DNA of 63,825 bases, the filler included, from Octopus bimaculoides (taxonomy: Eukaryota): NCBI RefSeq assembly GCF_001194135.2. It is 3 parts of 3 records of this genome, joined end to end, with 100 filler letters (N's around TTAATTAATTAA, not from the genome) between each part and the next. Parts side by side here need not be neighbours in the genome. Positions count along the whole stretch, not along the records: positions 1 to 30,105 come from NC_069001.1; positions 30,206 to 58,552 come from NC_068991.1; 1 more part is not named here. One strand, 5' to 3'. Positions 28,823-40,509 of this stretch are shown here, piece after piece; the first letter of the stretch is position 1; each line of letters begins with the position of its first letter. The position numbers and the translations under genes are program-made. Under the pieces are notes generated by a model. It saw only the letters and a program-made list of their open reading frames with translations, was not told where the DNA came from and made no database searches.

Positions 28823-30105
28823 TAAAACAATGATAATTTAAAACAATGATAATTTATGTAAGATGTTTTTTGTATATAATATACTTGTTATTATAATGGA
28901 TGAAGGGATGATTATTGAATGGTTATTATTTTGATAGTATGATATTTTTTTAATATTTTTTTTTCTATCTTTATATAATAAGTATTTCATATTAATTCAT
29001 TTGGTACTTATTGTTGGTTGAGATATATATCTAATTATTGTTCTANNNNNNNNNNNNNNNNNNNNNNNNNNNNNNNNNNNNNNNNNNNNNNNNNNNNNNN
29101 NNNNNNNNNNNNNNNNNNNNNNNNNNNNNNNNNNNNNNNNNNNNNNNNNNNNNNNNNNNNNNNNNNNNNNNNNNNNNNNNNNNNNNNNNNNNNNNNNNNN
29201 NNNNNNNNNNNNNNNNNNNNNNNNNNNNNNNNNNNNNNNNNNNNNNNNNNNNNNNNNNNNNNNNNNNNNNNNNNNNNNNNNNNNNNNNNNNNNNNNNNNN
29301 NNNNNNNNNNNNNNNNNNNNNNNNNNNNNNNNNNNNNNNNNNNNNNNNNNNNNNNNNNNNNNNNNNNNNNNNNNNNNNNNNNNNNNNNNNNNNNNNNNNN
29401 NNNNNNNNNNNNNNNNNNNNNNNNNNNNNNNNNNNNNNNNNNNNNNNNNNNNNNNNNNNNNNNNNNNNNNNNNNNNNNNNNNNNNNNNNNNNNNNNNNNN
29501 NNNNNNNNNNNNNNNNNNNNNNNNNNNNNNNNNNNNNNNNNNNNNNNNNNNNNNNNNNNNNNNNNNNNNNNNNNNNNNNNNNNNNNNNNNNNNNNNNNNN
29601 NNNNNNNNNNNNNTATATATATGCTATTAGACACACGCACACACAAACGTATATTTGTAGAGCTGTTTACAAATCGCAATATACCTGCATAAAATTTAGA
29701 GCTGATAGCAAGTAACTAAATCGCATTTAAAGGATGTTCTAAATGAAAAGAACAGATCTTGTGACATAATATTACGAATATTCGCATATATACACAAACA
29801 AACACACACACGCACGCACAAACACACACACACACACACACACACGATCAGACATACTAACGCAACCACTGGCATATCTGTTTTCCGTGACCATACCTGT
29901 CTTTCTACATATATATACATGCATAATTATGCTTACGCTGAATATGTGTTAGTGTGTCTATACACCCTGGAGTTATCCTTTGACAACATCGATTTTATCT
30001 GTGGCAGGAGGCCACAAATCGATTGGAAACATTATTAGATTGTATATCTATTGATCGCAATGTAAATGCCAAACCATATTTATACACACACGCACACACA
30101 TATAT

Positions 30106-30205
30106 NNNNNNNNNNNNNNNNNNNNNNNNNNNNNNNNNNNNNNNNNNNNTTAATTAATTAANNNNNNNNNNNNNNNNNNNNNNNNNNNNNNNNNNNNNNN
30201 NNNNN
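30106..30205. other. Artificial scaffold-join spacer N44-TTAATTAATTAA-N44
   Basis: Exactly 100 bp; the 12-mer at 30150-30161 gives stops in all six frames; identical structure at 58553-58652. Confidence 0.9.
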
Positions 30206-30372
30206 GCTGTGGGCTCAAACTCTGGAAGAAGTTAAAATTTTTTTTTGGACTAAAACACAACTGGAACCCTAAGTAAGGCATCTGTAAAATTTGAATGAAA
30301 TTGGTTGCGTAGTTCTCGAGTTTTAGGGATTCACACAGACAGACACACATTCTCATTTTTATATATATAGAT
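30206..30372 (-). mobile_element. Non-autonomous Helitron/Helentron-like element 5' end
   Basis: Reverse complement ATCTATATATATAAAAATGAGAATGTGTGTCTGTCTG...AACTACGCAACCAATTTCATTCAAATTTT, a typical HINE/DINE-like start (from memory). Confidence 0.45.
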
Positions 30373-30384
30373 ATATATATATAT

Positions 30385-30542
30385 GACGTGTTTCTTTCTG
30401 TTTCCATCTGCCAAATTCACTCACAAGGCTTTGGTAGGCCTGAGGCTATAGTAGAAGACACTTGCCCAAGGTGCCATGCAGTGGAACTGAACCCAGAACC
30501 ATGTGGTTGGTAAGCAAGCTACTTACCACACAGCCACTCCTG

Positions 30543-30543
<1 letters not shown>
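30385..30543 (-). mobile_element. OR2-like SINE 5' part (uninterrupted reference for the split copy at 52376-53155)
   Basis: ...GTAAGCAAGCTACTTACCACACAGCCACTCCTGCAC continuous. Confidence 0.8.
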
Positions 30544-30581
<38 letters not shown>

Positions 30582-30783
30582 TGTACACATCTACGATATA
30601 ACACCTGATGATGACTGGAGTTCAAACCAATCAGAATGTAGTCTTGATATAAATACTGAAAACATCTTTCAATTTCTAAAGATGAGATTAGTAATCTGAA
30701 AATTTTTATATAATTTTATTCTTATAAAAAACAAAACATATATATGTATTTGCTGTTTCATAATGAAATGTTTTTTGTTTTAC

Positions 30784-30870
30784 TTTCCAGCCATGAAATC
30801 TTCCACTGACTGTAGAAATTGATTCACATATCTCTTTTTAAATCCTTGCAAATTCAAAGTATTAAGATTT
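30784..30870 (-). CDS. Candidate internal exon of an unidentified minus-strand gene
   Basis: Long T-tract + CAG acceptor, 87 bp, symmetric phase 2-2, open frame NLNTLNLQGFKKRYVNQFLQSVEDFMAG, GTAAAA donor, CpG-depleted surroundings; no family recognised. Confidence 0.35.
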
Positions 30871-32177
30871 CTGAAAAAAAAAAAAGAACTCTGTCTTCAG
30901 ATATTCTTTTTTTAAAATTTCAGGAAATTGTTCAGACTTGCAGGCAGTTTTATAATTAAGATTGCTTTCTTTTTTTTTTATCAATTTTCTTTTCTCTCCC
31001 ACTCTGTCTTTATTTAAATAAAATTGTGGGAAAAAATGTTAAATTATAATAAAATTTGAAATAAAAGAAGTTGACATAGTACACATAAATACTCACACGT
31101 ACAGTCTTAGAGTGACAGCTGCAAATGCCTAAAGCACCCTTGCACATTCATGTACACTTGTAGACATTTGTGATGACAAGTTTTAAAAAGGTTAGATTAA
31201 CAACTACTCAGATTCACAAAGTAGTCATCCACAGGTTAAGAAAAGTCATGGAAGTTTGTCATCACAACATACATACATATATTTACATATGTTGATGAAT
31301 ACATATATGTAATATGAAATTTGCTTAGCAACCACTTGGTTCTGGGTTCAGTTCCCCTGTGTGTTATCTTGAGCAAGTGTCTTCTACTCTAACCTTAGAG
31401 AACCACAGCCTCTTGTGAATGTAGTTTGGGAGGTGGAGACAGTGTGGACATCCATTGGATGTATACATGTGTGTGTGTGTGTGTGTCTGCATTAGATAAC
31501 AATATTGGGATGTCAAAAATACCTTGTGTAATGTATTTCAGTTTTGTCAAAAACATCCAATCAATTTTGTCTTTCATCCCCTTCCAAAGTTGATATAATT
31601 GACTAAAACCCTTTGAATCAGTGGCCCAACATAGCCACAGTTCACCTATTGAAACCTATATAAACACAATACACACATATATCAATTTGGTATCATAATT
31701 ATTCTTAGCAAGGTATTTTTCTCTAAGAGAGCTCAACTAATGTTCATATATATCATGAAATATTTGGGGTTGCACCATAAGTTTAGACACTGAAAATGAA
31801 AAGAAAGAGTTAACTTCTGGTACAAGATATAAAGGAAATAAGCATGAATATCTGACAATTTTCCATATAAAGAAATAATGATCGTTTTCATTGGTGCAAG
31901 ACCAAAATATGTAACAAAATAATGCTATTGAACAGATTGAGTTTGCCTTACTCAGAAATATAATTAAACTTTATAAAATCAGGGAAATATTTCTTTTGTA
32001 TAATTTGATTTAACCAAAAAATAAAGAAAATTTTTTTTTAAATGAAAATATTACAATTAAAGGATAGATGAAATGTGACTAACTTTGTAACAGTTATTGT
32101 GATGAGTTAATAAACTTGTGTGAAATCTGTTATTTGTTTTTATCTCAAACACTATTTCATTATTTGTTGGTGTATAT

Positions 32178-34000
32178 CAGAGGTTCTCAACGAGGGTGGT
32201 GCTGCCCTCACAGGGCACTGGGCATGTCAAAGAGGGCATTAGGCTTTATGGGGCAGTGGGATCATATAATTTTACCCATAGTAGTAATTATATATGTGAT
32301 AAAACTAGTAATGGTTATTAAAATAAAATGAGGGAAGTATATATTTTAAAAACTAACTTACAAGAATAGATGACATGGTGAATGTTTGTCCACCCCCACC
32401 ATCGCTTGACACCAATGTTGGTGTGTTTATGTCCCTATGTTAGCAGTTCAGCAAAAGAGACCAATAGAATAAGTACTAGGCTTGTAAAGAATAAGTCCTG
32501 GGGTTGATTTGTTTGACAAAAGGCAGTGCTCCAGCATGGCTGCAGTCAGATGACTGAAACAAGTAAAAGAATATGTGATGCTTTAAAAAATGAAGAATCT
32601 TCTTTACAACTTGAGTCAACTTTACATGACAATGAATCTTTGTTAATGACCTACGTCCATTATGTAAATTCAAATCTGGAAATTATTGAAGAGATTCTGT
32701 TTGCGCCAAAAATAGTACTTGACACAAAAAGTTCTACAATTTTTAAGGTTGTTAAAAAAGTTTTTAATGCTTGTGTATCAATCCTGATAGGCTATTATTG
32801 TGGATTTTAGCACATTTAAAGAAAGCAGTTCCACATATATTTTTAGTTCACTGTTATTCATCAAGAACACTTAACTGAGAAACATCTTAGTGGTAGACTA
32901 TATAATACATTGAATGATGTAATTAAAACAGTAAATAAATTCAAGACCCATTCATTGAATGACCATACCTTTCAGATGATTTGCCATGGAAAAGAAAACT
33001 ATAAGTGCCTCTTGTCTCATACTGAGGTGCGATGGCTTTCAAATGGAAATTATTTAAAATATTTTTATCTCTATGAGCCTGTTTTAGAATTTCTTAATTT
33101 GTATGATGAGGACCTGTATAATAGACTAAGCAACAAGAAAGTTGACATTGCATATCTTTCTGATATTTTCACTAAATTAAATGAGGTAAACATTGAATTG
33201 CAAGGAAATAATATGAATTAAATAAAGCAAAGTTAATTGTAAATGCATTCACCAGCAAATTATTCTACAAAGAGAGATTATTGAGGAAAGATTTTTTTAG
33301 TTTCCAAACCTGCACATAATAGAAGACAATGAAAGCAATTTAATAATAGACACAGATATAGATTGCTATTTTTCTCATCTGCAGACACTGAAAGAAGACA
33401 ATGATAAAGTTTAAAAATTTTACTCATCTTAAAGTACCTAATTGAGTCATAAATCCATTTCTTTCTGGTATCTCTTCTGCTCAACCAAGTTTACATGAAA
33501 AAATAATTTCAAAGCTCAAGTATATTTTCAGCGACTTGGTTATAAATTATTCTGGCCCAAAAGACAAAGCAAGTATTCTCAACTTTAGCAAAAAATTAAA
33601 TTGTTGTTCATTGCTTTTCTTCATAATTAGAAGGGAAAGGATTCAGTGTGGTGTTGCAATTGCTGACTAAGCAACAAAATAAATTTGCAATAAGTCAAAG
33701 AGGAGACATGACTTCTTTTGACTAACATTGAACCTGATATAGAAAATTTAGCTAGATCTCATCTGGCACAGGGAAATCATTAACTTGCCATGTACAAAGT
33801 AAACTTTTGTCTTTATTAGTTTTTTTATCATTTCACTGTTAAAAGCTTATGCGATCCATTTTTGTGTGAAATTTATAAATTATTATCCATGCTAAGTTAG
33901 TTTATTTGTGATACTTTACATCCCATTTAGGTTGGTACTAGGTATCACAACTACTTAAAAAGTGGTACTACAAACAAAAATAAAAGGTTAAGAACCACTT
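32178..34000 (+). mobile_element. hAT (Buster/Charlie-type) transposon fossil containing a nested SINE (~32385-32570)
   Basis: Termini CAGAGGTTCTCAAC / GGTTAAGAACCACTT; transposase remnant ...LLSHTEVRWLSNG...IAYLSDIFTKLNEVNIELQG; left flank GTGTATAT fits NNNTANNN but the right flank does not repeat it. Confidence 0.85.
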
Positions 34001-34796
34001 GTCGTTGTTGAATCAAACTATATTTCAAATATTTTCTCTCACTTTCTCTGTATTTCTTTGCCGTTTCCTTCACTCTCTCATCTCTTTGTATGTCTTCATC
34101 TTTCTTCTGTTATATATTATCAATAGACAGCAGCAATGCTTGTTTTACTTCTGTTCTCTAATAAATTTTTTTGAGAGTAAGAGAAGAAATGATTTTCACT
34201 AGAAAAACCACATGTCAGCAAAAGACAAGAAATGCAGAAAAAGAGAAGTGAAAGCACATGTACTTTATTTGAATTGTGCTGAGGTAGCCTTGAATTTCTT
34301 CCACAACAAAACGGTCTTTATATGCCTTCCATCCTAAATTCACCTCTTAATACCTTGTATAGAGCAACCACTCTCTTATCTCCTTCTCAGGCAAGGGGGA
34401 GGGCTCTTTAAGACTTGAGAGTTACAATTAAACTTCAGTGGTGGTGGTGTCGTGTAAAAGCACCCAGCACACTAATGTGGTTAGTGTTAGAAAGGGCATC
34501 CAACCATGGAAGTCAAATGAAAACTGAACTATTGGAGCAAAATGTGGTCCTCTGACCTGTTGCATTCTGTGTAAGTGTATCCAATACATACCATCATGGA
34601 AAGTAGACTTATAAATGATGATAATGATATAAAGATGGACACACTAAACGGCTAGGCAGTGAGAGACTAGGTTTTAAGACTTGACATAGACAGACTAAAC
34701 TGTTCAATTACTGGTTAAAAGTTGATGGAGGAGTTAAAATTTCTTTTTATAATAGTTACAAATGTGGACAATCAACTCAAATATATAATTTCAACA

Positions 34797-35015
34797 CTGG
34801 ACCACTTACCCAAAGGTGCGGTTGTATTGGGCTAATATCAAAAGGTATAATTAAATTGTTTGGTTACTAGCCAAAAGGTGTCATTGCATTGAGCCACACA
34901 CCAAGAGGTATGATTGTATTATTGGGCCACTACTAAAAGGAGTGACTGTATCGTTGGGCCACTTACCCAAAAATGTGATTGCATTAGTGGGATACTCACC
35001 CAAAGGTGTCTTTTT
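34797..35015. repeat. Degenerate minisatellite, ~30-35-bp unit GGGCCACTTACCCAAAGGTG(T)GATTGTATT, about 6-7 copies
   Basis: Recurrent CCAAA(A)GGTG / GGGCCAC motifs. Confidence 0.6.
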
Positions 35016-35159
35016 AGTTGTTATTCTATAACTTGCCCTCTATAAGTGTCTGTGTCATTGTTAGAGGTTGAACTACTGACGTAAAACTTGTGTAATCACT
35101 TCCTCTCTAAGTTCATATATATTTCTATAACTCTTTAATTTGTTAATATTAGATATTAC

Positions 35160-35380
35160 CAAGGCAACGAGCTGGCAGAATCATTAGCACACCAGGCAAA
35201 ATGCTTAGCAGCATTTCATCCTTCTTTACATTCTGTGTTCAAATTCCACTGAAGTCAACTTAGTCTTTCATCCTTTCAGGATTGATAAAATAAGTACCAG
35301 TCAAGCTCTGGGATCAATGTAACTGATGAAATCTGTCTTCAGGACTTGCTGGCCTTGTACCAAAATTTGAAACCAATATT
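35160..35380 (+). mobile_element. Nin/Deu-like SINE, CpG-decayed
   Basis: GAGCTGGCAGAATCATTAGCACACCAGGCAAAATGCTTAGC...TTTCATCCTTTCAGGATTGATAAAATAAGTACCAG. Confidence 0.75.
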
Positions 35381-36324
35381 ACACATTACAAAGTACCATT
35401 TTGATACTTAAGAAGAGAAATGGGTCCATACAATGTATCTATTGCTTGCTGGGTGATCATGTTGTCAATTACATGATGGAGTGCCTACTATTTTATTTCT
35501 TCAAATTAGATTCAATAATTTGTTTCTGCTATTTTATTTCCATAACACAATTTACAAATCACTTAGCCAGAACAAAATAGACTTTTTTTATTGACATTCA
35601 ACATAGTCAGGTGTCCTATTTCAATTTGATATTCCAACAATAGCTAACCTATGAATCAAATTATGAAGTAACAGATTAAAGGTTAACATCTTAGCTGTTA
35701 ATTAATTACTTAATGGTTGCTTACTTCCTTGAATGAAGACGGTAAAATACTCAAGGTATTGGATGTAATAACTTTAGTAAGCAGGCAGATATGTGTATGA
35801 ATAAATAAATAGACAAACTGGTAATATAACAAACAGATAGACATACATTGACAATGGTGCTACAATAAATAAAACAGGATAAACTGTAATAAAACATCTA
35901 CCCTCAAGCTGGTATCTATTTAGTTCACAGAACAATAATATTCTTGATTACAATTACAGAAACATTCATCACATAAAAACACGTAGACTTACCACTACCA
36001 TTACTAAAATTATTATATAAATACTATACAACCAGAGAGAATGAAGTCATTGAAAAAACTGTTGGTAGAAATTTAGATAAACCAATTAATTATTACACAA
36101 GTAAACTGCAATTAAAATATTCACTTTTATTGGCCAATGACATCACTAAAATACACTATCAGTTTCAGCAAACACTTTCTCATCAAGAATATGACAAAAA
36201 CTGATAAAATATACTGATTTTTATTTTAGATATCTTACCCCAGCAGCCAAATATATATATAAAATTTTTTTTCAAAATGAGATTAAAAAAAACCAAGGCT
36301 GTGAAAATGTTAGAACATTTATAA

Positions 36325-37030
36325 ATACAAGGTCTTACAGCTGTTTCCGGGATATTTTTTATATCCCTTCATCAGAGACAGTGTGAGAAAATGGTTAAGC
36401 AATAGTTAATTTAGATAAGATATGAAATAGAGAGTGAAGTGGGGGAATGAAAATAGATGTGAGATATGCAAGGATGTTGCATTTGTAGATCCATTATTTA
36501 GGCAGAATAGTAAAGATATAAGATTCTAATACCTGGTGAGTAAATTCCAATAGTATTTAAAATTGGTCATTCCAAGTATAGAGTTTGTACACAATGCTAT
36601 TGAATCGAGGGTATATTTAAAGTAACCTAAAAGTAGGGAATGTATTTGTAAGGTCAAATCGAAAACAGGAAGAGGAATAAAGAAAAGTAAGGAGAGAGAT
36701 AATAAAGAGATGAAGAGAGGGAAAGTGTACCAGTTAGTGGTCAGTCAAGATAAATTGATAGTAGGAATGGGAAGGTGAGGGCAATAGAGAAAGATATGAG
36801 AGTGTAAAAAAATGATAGGGTAAAGAGTAAATGAGTGTCGGATAGAAGGAATGGGGTGGGGTGATAGAGAGAGAGAGAGAGGTATAATAGTGTAAAAAGA
36901 AAAGGAGCATGAGGTATGTAGTGATAAAGCCTAAGTGATGGGGCAGAGCAAGGTGGGTAGGGGTAGTAATATGGTAGAATAAAGAATTTGGGAATATGGA
37001 TTAGGTTGGTTGGACAGGTCAGTGCTACGT
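36325..37030 (-). mobile_element. Penelope-like element 3' region (pyrimidine-rich tract plus hammerhead tail)
   Basis: CT-rich low-complexity tract on minus leading to CTGATGAAGG...CCGGAAACAGCTGTA; no RT or GIY-YIG ORF seen. Confidence 0.5.
36332..36379 (-). ncRNA. Minimal type-I hammerhead ribozyme motif
   Basis: GUCU-CUGAUGA-A-GGGAUAU-aaaaa-AUAUCCC-G-GAAA-CAGCUG-UA-AGAC: stem I 4 bp, stem II 7 bp, palindromic ACAGCUGU, GUA triplet. Confidence 0.7.
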
Positions 37031-37105
37031 AGTAGAAGAAAATATATATGTGAAGGTGTATACAGATACATATATTAAACATGTATATAAATATATATAT
37101 ATATA

Positions 37106-38027
37106 TGACTTAAGGATCAGGGCTAAGTGGTTGCCCAGAAGACGACCAGCATAGAGGAGAAGGGTCTGGAAGCTCAAAGATCCTGCGAATGGACAGAGAT
37201 TTAGAGACTTATTACTTGAAGCCTTTAATGAAATAGAGGGGGATATAGCTTCACACGATGTAGAAGGCAACTAGAGGTTTCTACGGGACAACCTGCTGAG
37301 GGCCACTGACCAGATCTGTGGATGGTACAAAGTCCCCTCTCGACCCAAAATAACGTGGTGGTGGAACAATGTTGTTGACAGGGCTATTAGACAAAAGAAA
37401 CAGGCTTGGAAGGACTGGAAGAACGGTAGTAGCAGGGAATTATATCAGACTGCCAGAAGGGAAGCTAGGAGACAGGTTTATTTAGCCAGAGGGGAAGCAG
37501 ATGAGAAAAAATTTGCCAATGTTCTGCGCCGTGAGAACCAAAGACTTGAGGTATTTCATGTTGCAAGACAGTGTGTGAGAGAGAATTGTGATGCCGTAGG
37601 AGAGAAATGTGTTTGCATGGATGATGGTACAGTTGCACTAAACGAGGCTGCAAAGAAAGAGGTTTGGAGACGCCACTACAAAAGATTGCTCAATAAAGAG
37701 AATGAATAGGAGAAAGAGAATCTGTCGAATGTCGACCCAACAAAGGGACCAGCTATCCGAGTTGACAGTACCATGGTAGATAAAGCAATTAAGCCCCCAG
37801 CCCATCAGGAATTACTGCAGAGATGCTCAAAATATCTGGCAGTATTGGTTATAGCCTAGTCACCTGTATTGTTAACCAGGTGATACACGAAGGAGTCATA
37901 CCCAATGACTGGTGTAGCAGCACCATAGTCAACTGCTACAAAGGTAAAGGTGACGCTTTAGATACAAATAATTACAGAGGTATCAAGTTGTTAGATCAGG
38001 TAATGAAAGTCACGGAGTCAGTGATGG
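37106..38027 (+). mobile_element. RTE-clade LINE ORF fragment
   Basis: TWWWNNVVDRAIRQKKQAWKDW...EVWRRHYKRLLN...PSGITAEMLK...IPNDWCSSTIVNCYKGKGDALDTNNYRGIKLL, with in-frame stops. Confidence 0.9.
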
Positions 38028-38419
38028 ACCTTGGCAACGAGTGATTATGACCTGGTAGCATGTACCACACTTTTTTTTTTATTTGCTTTAAGAGCCTCCA
38101 TAATCATGAGCAAACACAAACAGCCTCTCAGAGCAGCCCTCTTGCCTTTGGTTCAGCGAAGCAGTGAGGATGTAGCTGAGAAAAAGTTGCACCAGTACTA
38201 GGGTGACACTAGAGCAACACAAAATGAAGTGCTTTGCTCAAAGATACTACTTGTCACCCTGTCCAGGAATTGAACATACGACCTTCTCATTGTAAACACA
38301 GTATCTAACCTATAGGCTTCCACAGGATACTTAGTAATAACAAGAACACAAGAAATTTCAATTAATTAAAATTACACTGTTAATGTGAAGACTCATTTCC
38401 CAATCATATCATGTTGAGT

Positions 38420-38645
38420 TAAGGCAGCAACCTGGCAGAATGATTAGCATGTCAGCTAATATAAAGACGATAAAATGCTTAGCGGCAGTTTGTTCGTCTT
38501 TACGTTCAACTTTCGCTGAGGTCGAACCTTGACTTTCATCCTTTCGGGATCGATAAAATAAGTACTAATTAAGCAGTGGGGCCTGTAATCAACTTACCTT
38601 CACCGCATGAAATTGCTGGCCTTGTGCCAAAATTTGAAATCATTA
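38420..38645 (+). mobile_element. Nin/Deu-like SINE retaining CpGs
   Basis: CTGAGGTCGAACCTTGACTTTCATCCTTTCGGGATCGATAAAATAAGTAC. Confidence 0.75.
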
Positions 38646-38869
38646 TAATTACGAGTTGTCTCCCCTGTTTTGTTTTTTCTTTTTTTTAAAATCAGATTTA
38701 GTCACTCAAGAAAATGATTGGTTGCATTACAACTGTTTTAATTTCAATTGATTACATTTTCTTGAGTTTCTACATCAAGCATGCACATTAGTATTTAGTT
38801 GGGTTTTTTTTTTAAGAAGTATGTTTCACTGGGTGGTTCCACACCACTCCTTATCAGCCATTTCAATAT

Positions 38870-39171
38870 TATATCAAGCCGACGTCATGAAGTGAAGGGA
38901 AATAACTCTTAAACCCGGAAGAGTTAAATAAATATTACCAGGTCCAAGAAACTGTCCTGTAAAGTACGGCTACGATGAGAACTGTTAAAATATTGCTGCT
39001 ATTCCTGGCTTGTAAGGAAATACAAATATGAGAACTTTAAAATATTGCTGTTTTATATCTTGACGCAGTCTTGCTGCATAAGAAACTGCCAATATAAGAA
39101 CTTTTAAAATGTTGCTGTGTCCCGTTATTGCCGTATTCTATCCTGAATCAGTCTTGTGAAGAACTGTCACG
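38870..39171 (+). promoter_or_regulatory. Putative Artemis promoter/5' leader
   Basis: CpG-retaining zone upstream of the ATG; CRE-like GACGTCA (38881), ETS-like CCGGAAG (38915), TGACGCA (39061); three copies of AGAAC(T/G)TTAAAAT(A/G)TTGCTG at 38978, 39031 and 39097. Confidence 0.5.
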
Positions 39172-39280
39172 ATGAGTACCTTTGAGGGTCGGATGTTAGA
39201 ATATACTTTCATATCTCTTGACCGATTTGATAGAAAGAACTTGTCATCTACAATGTTCTTTCTATCTCATACACACTTCG
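39172..39280 (+). CDS. DCLRE1C: Artemis exon 1
   Basis: [36 protein letters not shown] vs human [36 protein letters not shown]; 109 bp, donor GTATGC. Confidence 0.95.
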
Positions 39281-40509
39281 GTATGCATTTCAAATTTTGT
39301 TATCTTCGAAAAGTTTGGCGGGGGAGGGTTCCAACCCTACTTTCTCCGAAGTTATGGCTCAACGGTTAAGTTTGTTTTACAATAATGAGGCCTCGGGTTC
39401 GAGCTCACTTTGTGACACGCTATAAAATATTTTCTGTTGAAAGTTTGGTTATCGTAAATAGTACGAGGATTTATATGTGTAATGTAATTATCACGTTGTA
39501 GGTTTTTTGCTGCATTTAAAAATTTATTTTTGTAACCTTTCCTGCAAGATTGTTTCTATTTCCCTCTGTTGTTTCATTCATCAAGGATGAATAACAAATG
39601 TATTTTGAATCGAAAGAATATATCTTAACACACATATACGTACACATCTCCACTCATAAACTCACACATCTCCAAATATAAACACACACATATACTTACA
39701 TAAATACAAATATACATTACCGATACCAAATATATATAAAAAAATAACCTGGTTAACATGATGTTTAGTATCGTAAAAAACTGATAGTAAATTAATTTGG
39801 AAGTGTCGATAGTAAAACCCTATAATTTCATAAATACGTGTATCAAAATATCACCAGGGTAAATGATAGAAAAGTTATTGGGTGTGTTGTTTAGTACAGT
39901 TGAAAGGGGAACAGGAAAGCGCTGCCTGGACATACGAGTAAAACACTTTAGCCCATTATAACGGATTAAATAATACCAGGGATGTGTTTTGTATTTCATA
40001 GTTAGGCTTCCTATTGTTAGTTTAGGCAACATATATCGTTGTGAACCATTCTTTGAATTTTGTTGATCCGACGATAAGAGCATCTATTTACAATATGTCG
40101 AATGGCGATGGATACGCACTAGGTAGAAAATCAGCTGGCAATACGGAACTAGTGATGCTTTATTTACATTGTATCTGAATAATCGTATATGGTGAAAAAT
40201 GTTCAGAGACCTTGAAAAAAGCTATATATACACGCACACACACGTTCTACGCAGTCTTTCAACTAATTTACTTTACTGCCGCCACTTCTAGTTGCTATTG
40301 CAATTTACTTTCACCTTTGTCGGACACTATACTGCATGTTAACCACCCGAACTCCATGGATGCAAAATAAACTTTTCAACCACACAGCTATGCCTACGAC
40401 TATGGGAACCAAAATGGTTACACGTGTTGTTGATTTGCTTTTGTTTTTAATCTATATATTTGTATGCAGGTACATACAGTTTATTTCTAGGGTTATTTTT
40501 TTCTTTCCC

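Noticed and set aside
35725-35817. LRR-like minus-strand exon (...ITSNTLSILPSSFKE)
   Set aside because: Spacing does not fit LxxLxLxxN, the acceptor is weak, and no partner exons were found
36533-36626. Open 94-bp minus-strand exon (GYFKYTLDSIAL...)
   Set aside because: Lies within the Penelope-type repeat tail; probably a chance open frame
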